A stretch of 64,000 bases of DNA from Patescibacteria group bacterium. GTDB taxonomy: Bacteria; Patescibacteriota; Patescibacteriia; UBA10025; JAHIVO01. The stretch is taken from the NCBI GenBank assembly GCA_028718605.1, contig JAQULM010000002.1:1776-65775 (forward strand), read 5' to 3'. A program made the translations under genes and the position numbers. Positions 19,168 through 27,029 of this stretch are shown here, one piece after another. Positions within the stretch are counted from its first letter, which is position 1, and each line of letters starts with the position of its first letter. Below the pieces are notes generated by a model. That model was not told where the DNA came from. It did no database searches and saw only the letters and a list, made by a program, of their open reading frames with translations.

Positions 19168-19512
19168 ATGAGAGTTAAACGAGGCACCCAGCATGTTAAA
19201 CGGCGGAGAAATATCCTTAAAAAAGTAAAAGGATACCGCTGGGGACGGAAGAATAAAATCAAACGCGCTCAAGAAGCGATCCGTAAGGCCGGAGCGCACG
19301 CTTACAATGACCGCCGCAAGAAAAAAGGGAACTTCCGGGCACTCTGGAATATAAAAATCAACGCAGGCGTCCGCCAGCACGGCATGACGTACAGTACCTT
19401 CATGAAGGCGCTCAAAGATTCGAAAATCAATCTGAACCGGAAAATGCTTGCTGAACTTGCTGAGTTCGAACCAAAAACATTCGAAGCACTCGTTCAGGAA
19501 GTAAAAAAATAA
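19168..19512 (+). CDS. rplT: 50S ribosomal protein L20
   Basis: 'MRVKRG', 'AYNDRRKKKGNFRALWNIKINAG', 'LNRKMLAELA'. Confidence 0.97.
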   Translation: MRVKRGTQHVKRRRNILKKVKGYRWGRKNKIKRAQEAIRKAGAHAYNDRRKKKGNFRALWNIKINAGVRQHGMTYSTFMKALKDSKINLNRKMLAELAEFEPKTFEALVQEVKK

Positions 19513-19644
19513 CAGATCGCCGAAAAAGCGGATCCATCGTGCTCGACAAACCTGCCTTCCGGCTGTAAGGCGCGCGGGAAGCCCGGTTAACCCCGCAATA
19601 CTGCGGGGCAGGCACGCCTTATCAATGTAAAATCACAACAAAGC

Positions 19645-19719
19645 GGACCCATGGTGTAGCCCGGTTAACACGCCTCCCTGTCACGGAGGAGATCAGGGGT
19701 TCAAATCCCCTTGGGTCCG
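19645..19719 (+). tRNA. tRNA-Asp (GTC), CCA not encoded
   Basis: GGACCCA/TGGGTCC acceptor stem, CCTCC-CTGTCAC-GGAGG anticodon arm, AGGGG-TTCAAAT-CCCCT T-arm. Confidence 0.95.
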
Positions 19720-19768
19720 CTTTGTTGTGATTAACCGAACCCCAACGCACGATTCATGGGGTCATAGA

Positions 19769-19801
19769 GAGATCAGGGGTTCAAATCCCCTTGGGTCCGC
19801 T
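19769..19801 (+). repeat. 33-bp direct repeat of the tRNA-Asp 3' end (att-like)
   Basis: GAGATCAGGGGTTCAAATCCCCTTGGGTCCGCT occurs at 19689-19721 and 19769-19801. Confidence 0.9.
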
Positions 19802-19883
19802 CTGTTTTGCGTTCCGAAATCAGGGGTTCCGCCATTGGCTGAGCGGGCAGAAACGGGCATGGAATGAAATGACGAAGCAAGTG

Positions 19884-19922
19884 CCGCTGGATGCGACCAC
19901 GGGGAGCATCCAGCGGGGTTTT
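19884..19922 (+). terminator. Terminator-like hairpin after the tRNA-Asp locus
   Basis: CCGCTGGATGC / GCATCCAGCGG 11-bp stem, then GGTTTT. Confidence 0.5.
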
Positions 19923-20044
19923 AAAAACTATCGCACCAAATTGCGGCTTGCAAAGAACCTAGTTTCAATTGACAAAAAAATACGCTTTGCTAAGGTAAGG
20001 ATTGACATCGCTCTTAATACCAAACCCATAGCTTAAAGGAGGAA

Positions 20045-21172
20045 ATGCACGTGGCCCTAAACCACACCGAAACTGTTGTTTGTTATAATCCTGGATCGAC
20101 AAGCGCTGATTGCTGGGCAGCCAGGATAGAACAATTTCTCACGGAAGGGATTATCCTGGGCAAACAGACGTTTGTGCTCCCGGCCAACGCCGATGAAGCA
20201 GCTCGGCAAGCTTTGCTGCTCAACTACATTCAAGAGAATGCGCAATTCAGCGCCTCAGACGTTCGGTGCCTCGGCGTTCGTGGAGCGATTCTCCCCGGCG
20301 CCTTACCAGGCGTTACCCGCGTCGACCAGGGTGTCCTAAACGCATGCGCGGCCGGCTACTTCGGCACGATTCACCCGTGCAACAACGCCCCAACCGACGG
20401 CTGGGCTGTCGCACGAGAACTCGGTCTGACTGAGCAGATTTACTTCGCCGATCCGGTTTCGAGCGAAGATCCGCTGTACATCCAGGCATGCAAGATGAGC
20501 GGCAGAGCGGAATTGCCAATCGATTCCCATGCGCACTACCTCGCGCTGCGGGAAATGATTGTATCCTACGCGACGGAAGCTAGCATTCCGACCAACCGGG
20601 TCCGCGGCATCTTCATCTATGCCGGTGGCGGCGGTTTCAGTATTGCCGCTGTTAAGGACGGATCGATTGTCGCCGTCAGCAACCCGAACCAGGTCGGCTC
20701 TCCTGGCATTACGCGCTGCTGTGATGTGCCGTCCCTTGACTTTGCCCGCTGGGTCCTCCAGCTTGCACAGCAAGGCCACGATTTCAAGTCTGTTGCGGCA
20801 AAACTCCTGAGAGAATCGGGACTGATGAGCTATCTCGGCGACCTGAAGGTAACGGGATTCGAAGACATCGTCGGGCTGGCGCGTACGGGGAATATCCGCG
20901 TCCAGAACGTGCTTGACATGTGGTACTTCCGGATAGCGGAAGAGATTGGTAAGCGCCTCACCGCGCTCAATTTCAAAGCAGACGTACTGTACTGGGCAGG
21001 CGCGATGACGCAGGCCACCGAACTTCCCGAAGGCGTGTATCAACATGTCCAAAGCATGATTCCGTCGAATCGTGTGGTCGCGGAAGATCTTGAGATCCGA
21101 TCACTCACACGGCAGACGATCCTTGCCTTCCAGGGCAAGGTCCCGATCAATACGTATACATACCCGGCCTAA
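20045..21172 (+). CDS. Divergent butyrate/acetate kinase family (ASKHA) protein
   Basis: 'NPGSTS', 'GVRGA', 'HPCNNA', 'FADPVSSED', 'GGGGFSIAA' occur in the same order as Buk motifs NPGSTSTK, GRGG, HASNLG, IVDPVVVDE, GGGISV; AAGGAGG SD. Confidence 0.7.
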   Translation: MHVALNHTETVVCYNPGSTSADCWAARIEQFLTEGIILGKQTFVLPANADEAARQALLLNYIQENAQFSASDVRCLGVRGAILPGALPGVTRVDQGVLNACAAGYFGTIHPCNNAPTDGWAVARELGLTEQIYFADPVSSEDPLYIQACKMSGRAELPIDSHAHYLALREMIVSYATEASIPTNRVRGIFIYAGGGGFSIAAVKDGSIVAVSNPNQVGSPGITRCCDVPSLDFARWVLQLAQQGHDFKSVAAKLLRESGLMSYLGDLKVTGFEDIVGLARTGNIRVQNVLDMWYFRIAEEIGKRLTALNFKADVLYWAGAMTQATELPEGVYQHVQSMIPSNRVVAEDLEIRSLTRQTILAFQGKVPINTYTYPA

Positions 21173-21198
21173 TGTGTATGTACTGATTACAAACCAAA

Positions 21199-21229
21199 AG
21201 GCGGCTCGCCTCTATACGACGAGCCGCCT
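21199..21229. terminator. Hairpin between convergent genes
   Basis: AGGCGGCTCG / CGAGCCGCCT stem with an A-tract on the left (U-tract on the minus strand). Confidence 0.6.
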
Positions 21230-21245
21230 GAATTATATTACTTGT

Positions 21246-23462
21246 TTATTGGATAACGCCGTTCTTCAACGTGACTGTATTACTGCACGTAACCTGGCTT
21301 GCTGAATCAACAACGCATACTGAATAGTAGTGCGTGCCACTCTCAAGATTAACTGCTGCGGTCCGCGAACCGGCCGCATTACCAGTGTCGGCATAGGTGG
21401 TTGTCGATGCGTCGCCGATCGGAGCCAGATATCCATCGGCTGGGTATTTGGGTGACGCATTCGTTTGCGACCATACAACCTTGTAATACGAAAAGTCCCG
21501 TTCTAAGGAAGCAGCCCACGTCAATTCAACCGTACCGTCATCGTACGTTGCGGACAGGGATACCGCTGTCGGCGGTTCATTTTCATTGATCGCCGTCACG
21601 CGCGCGACATTGCTGCAGATGGTTTCGTCCCCGACAGCACAAATTCGATAATAGTACGCGGTCCCCTTTATTGCACCGTAATCCCGATGGCTCTCTTCCC
21701 CTTTTGATTTGACGGCGATATACCCGTCATCGGGATAGCGGAGGTCTGCGTTCGTTTCCGAACGTACAACTTTGTAGTATTTAAATCCGGTGATTGAGGA
21801 GGCGTCCGTCCACCAAATACCGACACCGGAATCCTCCGCCTTGAGAGTCATCAGAAGTGACGCGTCGGCTGATACGGCCGGTGCGGTTGCAGTGGCATCA
21901 TTGCTGTACGAAATACATGCGCCATCGCCGCTGTACTGGCACACACGGAAATGATACGTCTTTCCGTCAGTCATCAGCCAGGTATACGACCGCGCAGTGG
22001 AATCAGTTATGTATTGAAAATCACTTCCAGGATATGCCGGGTTTGCCGCTTCACTGCGAACGAGCTTAAAACCGTGCTCAATAGTAAGATCGGATACGGT
22101 CCACGACAGCCGGATGCCAGTACTCTCCGCTATTGCGGAGAGTGTCATGCTGCCAGTATTTGCTGATCCTGTACCGCCATTTTCGGCTGGCGGAGAATCT
22201 TCAGTGATGCCGCCTTTCATATACGCGACATTCGAACAAAAAACAATATTGCCTTCCATCACCTCGCAGACGCGGTAGTAATAAGAAATGGCGGCTTGGA
22301 CGTCGGTATCTGTATACGCTTCACTCCCAGCGTCAGTCTTCGCAATATATCCGTCAGCTGGGAATTTCAGATCTGCATTTGTTTCGGAACGTACAACTTT
22401 ATAATACTGGAATGACTGGCTCGTTGATGCATTCCATTGCAGATGGACGCCATCTTGCTTTGTCTCGGCGTACAGCACGAGTGGTGTTGCGGTCGTGAGC
22501 GGCACCTCAATGTCGTAGATGACTTTGACCTCTTGGACCCGGCGGTTGCCATTAGCGTCCTCAGCAACGACGGTAATGGTATTTTTCCCCGCCGAAAGAA
22601 GGATTGGTTTTGTAAATGTACCGTCGGCATTTTCCGCCGCCTCGCCGTTTACCGTCAGGATTGCCGACTGGTCGGCTACGGTACCCGTGACCGTTACGGT
22701 TCCCTCCGTCGTGGTATAGCCGTCCTCGGGGGATTGGATCGTAAGCTCTGGCCCAGCGTATTCTTGCATAATGCCAAGGTCATCCGTCACTTTCGTATCC
22801 TCTTCCTTATTCCATGTATACCACTCGTTTTTTAGCTTCTCGGTATCAATCTTTAAAATGCTGACGTCCTGGCTCTCTTTGTCGATCGTTGCCGCATCAC
22901 CCTGGCCGACTTCCTGCTCGCTATCGCCAGCGCGCACTGCCACCCGGCTCTCGAGGACAGAAACATCGATCGTTGTCTCGTCCATCACGACATCAAACGC
23001 AGTACCGAGCGCTTTGATCGCCACATCGTCTGTTTTCAACGTGTACACACCCTGTCCTTTATGCACCCGGCTGTAGGTCGCGCCCGAAGACTGCATAATG
23101 ATCATATTGCTCGAACGGAGATCGGTGAGAAAAACTTCGGTTTCATACCCGAGCCGGATAACCGTACCATTCTCAAGGAGAATGATAGCCCTGCTGGTAC
23201 GCGCCGCGCTCGTCCGGATCCCGTCGCCATCGTGCAGAACAGTATCGGTTTCTACGGGCTGCCAGCCTTCATCACCCTGGTTAACTTCGACGCCGTCCTG
23301 CTGATATGCAAGGGTTGCTGCTACCGAATGCTGACGGCGCATCACAGTCGCGATGTTCGGCTGGATGATTTCCTGATTCTGCATATACCAATAGACACCC
23401 CAGCCGAGTGCGATACCGGCTGCAAAAATACCTATCATCGGAAATACAGCTTTTTTATGCAT
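21246..23462 (-). CDS. FecR-domain protein with Ig-like domain and four FN3-like repeats
   Basis: TM; FecR-like 'LHDGDGIRT..SRAIILLENGTVIRLG..ALGTAFDV'; 'LSAGKNTITVVAEDANGN'; 4x 'W...F.YYKVVRS..N...YP.DGY..YYYRVC..CSN'. Confidence 0.75.
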   Translation of the reverse strand: MHKKAVFPMIGIFAAGIALGWGVYWYMQNQEIIQPNIATVMRRQHSVAATLAYQQDGVEVNQGDEGWQPVETDTVLHDGDGIRTSAARTSRAIILLENGTVIRLGYETEVFLTDLRSSNMIIMQSSGATYSRVHKGQGVYTLKTDDVAIKALGTAFDVVMDETTIDVSVLESRVAVRAGDSEQEVGQGDAATIDKESQDVSILKIDTEKLKNEWYTWNKEEDTKVTDDLGIMQEYAGPELTIQSPEDGYTTTEGTVTVTGTVADQSAILTVNGEAAENADGTFTKPILLSAGKNTITVVAEDANGNRRVQEVKVIYDIEVPLTTATPLVLYAETKQDGVHLQWNASTSQSFQYYKVVRSETNADLKFPADGYIAKTDAGSEAYTDTDVQAAISYYYRVCEVMEGNIVFCSNVAYMKGGITEDSPPAENGGTGSANTGSMTLSAIAESTGIRLSWTVSDLTIEHGFKLVRSEAANPAYPGSDFQYITDSTARSYTWLMTDGKTYHFRVCQYSGDGACISYSNDATATAPAVSADASLLMTLKAEDSGVGIWWTDASSITGFKYYKVVRSETNADLRYPDDGYIAVKSKGEESHRDYGAIKGTAYYYRICAVGDETICSNVARVTAINENEPPTAVSLSATYDDGTVELTWAASLERDFSYYKVVWSQTNASPKYPADGYLAPIGDASTTTYADTGNAAGSRTAAVNLESGTHYYSVCVVDSASQVTCSNTVTLKNGVIQ

Positions 23463-23504
23463 AGGAGACGCTTTTATTAAAAATTGCGATTTGGCGGTTC
23501 CCCT

Positions 23505-26500
23505 CTATACTTCATCAACGTTGATTACCCGTACATTAGGCCCTCCGCCTGACCGCGGAACGGTCATGAGCTCATCAGCGCCATCTCCGTCAACATCACC
23601 GCCAGCAACGTTAACTCCGCCAAGATAAGACGTCGGGTACACGAAGAATTCCTTAAGCATATTCTCCCTAATATTATACACCCGGACAAGCGGAGTTGCA
23701 CTATCGCCAACGCCAACAAGCAGCTCCTTGATTCCGTCACCATCAGTATCAACTCCCGCCAGAGAAACGCCACCGCGGTAATCAATACCGAACGCAAAAA
23801 ATCCGGGAGACAGCCGTTTCAGCTCATTGGGCCTAATCTGGAAATACTGAACATGGGGCGCGCCACGTTGCGGGCCCGTCACGATCTCATCCTTCCCGTC
23901 ACCATCACAGTCTGCGGTTGTGACATTGATGCCTCCACGAAAATTCCGGTCATATGCCATGAAATTGGTAAGTATTTTCCCATTTAAATTATAAACGAGA
24001 ACGTGTGGGCCGCCGCCTGATTGTGCTGCTACGACTACTTCATACACGCCATCGCCATCCGTGTCACCGCAGGAAAGATTGATACCGCCGAGAAACTTCC
24101 CATCGAGTACAGAGAAGCCAGCGTTCAAGATTTTCCCGTATCCATCGAATATTCTGACGAGTGGCCATCCGCCCGGACCCTGCGCTGCAACAACTTCATC
24201 GAGGTCGTCCCCGTTTACATCGCATGCGGTTACGGTTACGCCGTTCCGCAGTGAAGAATCGAACGCAAAAAACTGCGACTTCACGTTACCCGTACTGTCG
24301 AAAATGCGTATGTGGGGTGCCATGCCATCCCCCGAACCGACAATAATCTCATCGTCATTGCTCCCGAGGAGATTCCCGGATCCCGTATGGTACCCGCCCC
24401 GCAAGCTTGATGAAAAAGCGAAAAACGACGTGCCTTCCGCGAGCGGCGGCTCATATGTTGTCGGCTCGGTAACCGAGCTCGAAGATTTATGAGAATACTG
24501 ATAGTATGTGTCCGGCACGTTACCGTTTGCATCCGTGATGCCCAGCTTGTGCTCAAGTGTCGCATTTTGGCCATCAAGGTTTACGACAGTCACGTCATAC
24601 CACCCTGCGCCCATACTCGAGAGCGGGAGCCGCACTGACAACGAAGTAGCGGATTGTACGTACGTGATCTCTCCTTGGTAATCGGCAAAGTACGTCTTGA
24701 GACCGTAGAGAAAATTCGTACCGGTTACCTGCACATGTAAACCGCCGCCGGTATTCCAACCGGGATTCACTGCCTGGGGGGAAACACCGGTCACGGTCGG
24801 CGCTGGTTCAGCATACGGAGCCTCACCCTCGATTTCCATGCCCCGTATGACGTCATTCCACATGTCAGCGACATACAGCTTTGTGCCGGCAAGATTCGGC
24901 TGCAATCCTTTCAGGTTGTTGAATTCGGCAACGCTGCTCGCCCCATTTTTATAACCGCGCGAGCCAGAACCGGCAACGAGCTTGGTGAGGCGCGAACTCG
25001 GATCAACCGTACGCACGCGCTGAGATCCCGTGTCTGAAAAATAGAGCTGCCCGTCCGCGCTCATTTTTACATACTCCGGATACGAGAGGACTGCATTCGT
25101 ACCGATCGCCTCACGGTATCCCGCGGAGCCGTTGCCAACAAGGGTGCTGACCGTATTTGTCGCAAGCTCAATTTTCCGTATCGCATGGTTGTTCGAATCG
25201 GCAACGTACAGATTGGTACCGGAACCGTCAATCGCGATTCCAAACGGCCGGTCAAATTGCGCATCAGCGCCGATGCCGTTCTTGTACCCGTCTGCGCCCG
25301 ATCCGGCAACGAGCCAGGTTTGGCCGTCTGATATTCGGACTTTACGGATGCGGTTATTGCCAGTATCCGCAATGTATAAATAGGTATCGGTCTGATCAAT
25401 GGCAATGCCGGATGGAGCACGAAAATATGAGCACCCGGCTGCGCCGGTTGTTAGAACGTCCTGCGAACATCGTGTGCCTTCTTTGTACCCATTATTATCC
25501 GTTCCGCGAGTGTTGATAAGGCCTGCACCGGTCACGAGGAATGTCCGGACAGGATCTGCGGTCAAGTTTACGCCCCTGATCCTGTTGTTCCAGCGGTCAA
25601 CAACATAGAGCCGTGTTCCCGTAGAATTGACCGCGATGCCCTGGATGGTCGAAAAACGGATAGGCAGGCTATCGTAGTCAGTTCCCTCGCCTCGATAATT
25701 ATCGATGCTCGAACCGATGACGTGGCTGACGGTGCCGGCGGCAATATCTACCTTGCGAATTTTATTGTTATCCGCAATATATAAATACTTCCCGTCATGT
25801 GTCATCGTGATGTCGTACGGCCGGCCGAAAAGCGCATCGTCGATGTCCCCATTTAAATTTCCGAAGCGGTCGCCGCCCGCGAATTTATTATTCGTATCGC
25901 CGTCATTCTTGTCGAACCGATGGATAGTCCCCATGCCCGCATTAACCGTATAGACGTAATCCCCCGCGACCACGACGCCAGACGGGTAAATCATTTCATT
26001 CTGCCGAGTGTCCTGGTACACGAGCGTGGTTTTCTTTGTAGAAATGTTAATTTTTCGAATACGGTCAACTGTCCAGTTGTCATGGTCTGAAACGTAGAGG
26101 TACCCGCCATCGAGCGCGACACCCCAGACGTTTTCGAACTGCGCACCGGTTCCGGTCCCCTCCTTGTACCCCGATGTGCCTGATCCAGCGATTACGGTAA
26201 GAACACCCGTCGCGGTGTTAATAGCAACAACGCGATGATTACCGTTATCCGCTACGTACAACGTACTGCCGTCAATCGAGATATCCATATGCCGCGGATC
26301 CGAAAGCGACGAGGTCAGCGTTGTAACGCTGCCTCCGCTTGTGGAAACGTATTTAACGGCATTATGGCCCGAATCAGTGAAATACAGCCGCGTTCCGTAC
26401 GGTTTTACCCCAATCGGCGATGACAAACCAGAGCTTACGAGCGTTGATACGGTGCCGCTCGATGAAACTTTTTTGATTTTATTATTTGCTGTGTCGGCTA

Positions 26501-26879
26501 TGTAAACGCTGCCGTTTGAACCGACTGCCACGCCTCGCGGCAGGGCAAACTCTGCGGACTTCCTCGCGCCATCGGTATCGCCATATGAACCCGTGCCGGC
26601 ATACGTCGTAACAATACCGCTGGATGAAATCTTTCGGATGGCGTTATTATACGTATCGGCAACGTAAAAATTTCCTGAACTGTCGCGGCTGAGGTCTTCC
26701 GGGAAATCAAAATTCGCCTCCAGCTTATCAAGGCCATCGCCGCCGATAATTTTTCCTGTATACGTGCTCACATCACCATAGGCAGCGAGTGCGGTTCCGG
26801 CACCTAAAAACGCAGTGCCTACCAAAAACCCAGCGATGAGCACCGCCTGTACTATTCGTTTCATACGAAAAGAAATCAT
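23505..26879 (-). CDS. Secreted NHL-repeat beta-propeller protein with IPT/TIG domain and C-terminal FG-GAP-like repeats
   Basis: Signal peptide (ALA-A); many 'F..P.GIA....LYVADT.N..IRK' repeats; 'PTVTGVSP..VTGTNF..DVTVVNLDG'; 'GDVDGDGADE' repeats. Confidence 0.88.
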   Translation of the reverse strand: MISFRMKRIVQAVLIAGFLVGTAFLGAGTALAAYGDVSTYTGKIIGGDGLDKLEANFDFPEDLSRDSSGNFYVADTYNNAIRKISSSGIVTTYAGTGSYGDTDGARKSAEFALPRGVAVGSNGSVYIADTANNKIKKVSSSGTVSTLVSSGLSSPIGVKPYGTRLYFTDSGHNAVKYVSTSGGSVTTLTSSLSDPRHMDISIDGSTLYVADNGNHRVVAINTATGVLTVIAGSGTSGYKEGTGTGAQFENVWGVALDGGYLYVSDHDNWTVDRIRKINISTKKTTLVYQDTRQNEMIYPSGVVVAGDYVYTVNAGMGTIHRFDKNDGDTNNKFAGGDRFGNLNGDIDDALFGRPYDITMTHDGKYLYIADNNKIRKVDIAAGTVSHVIGSSIDNYRGEGTDYDSLPIRFSTIQGIAVNSTGTRLYVVDRWNNRIRGVNLTADPVRTFLVTGAGLINTRGTDNNGYKEGTRCSQDVLTTGAAGCSYFRAPSGIAIDQTDTYLYIADTGNNRIRKVRISDGQTWLVAGSGADGYKNGIGADAQFDRPFGIAIDGSGTNLYVADSNNHAIRKIELATNTVSTLVGNGSAGYREAIGTNAVLSYPEYVKMSADGQLYFSDTGSQRVRTVDPSSRLTKLVAGSGSRGYKNGASSVAEFNNLKGLQPNLAGTKLYVADMWNDVIRGMEIEGEAPYAEPAPTVTGVSPQAVNPGWNTGGGLHVQVTGTNFLYGLKTYFADYQGEITYVQSATSLSVRLPLSSMGAGWYDVTVVNLDGQNATLEHKLGITDANGNVPDTYYQYSHKSSSSVTEPTTYEPPLAEGTSFFAFSSSLRGGYHTGSGNLLGSNDDEIIVGSGDGMAPHIRIFDSTGNVKSQFFAFDSSLRNGVTVTACDVNGDDLDEVVAAQGPGGWPLVRIFDGYGKILNAGFSVLDGKFLGGINLSCGDTDGDGVYEVVVAAQSGGGPHVLVYNLNGKILTNFMAYDRNFRGGINVTTADCDGDGKDEIVTGPQRGAPHVQYFQIRPNELKRLSPGFFAFGIDYRGGVSLAGVDTDGDGIKELLVGVGDSATPLVRVYNIRENMLKEFFVYPTSYLGGVNVAGGDVDGDGADELMTVPRSGGGPNVRVINVDEV

Positions 26880-26956
26880 ACGTGTGGTTTTTGTTTTTGG
26901 TTTTTGATTTTATACAGCCATTATAGCATATTATTGAAAAAAAATCAAGTAAAAAT

Positions 26957-26995
26957 AAAAAAGGAGCGGGATGCCTGCAATAGGCTCCCCGCTCC
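26957..26995 (-). terminator. Intrinsic terminator of the three-gene operon
   Basis: Minus strand reads GGAGCGGGGAGCCT-ATTGC-AGGCATCCCGCTCC-TTTTTT. Confidence 0.7.
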
Positions 26996-27029
26996 AGAAA
27001 AAGTCAAATCCTCCTTTGTTATAGAACGA

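Noticed and set aside
19570-19801. Split or permuted tRNA built from the upstream D-arm fragment and the downstream 3' copy
   Set aside because: The upstream fragment lacks a GGACCCA acceptor strand and an anticodon arm, so no second cloverleaf can form.
27005-27016. Orphan AAGGAGG after the last operon gene, suggesting a fourth small ORF
   Set aside because: The nearest start (TTG) is only 2 nt away and the frame runs through the terminator; at most a relic.
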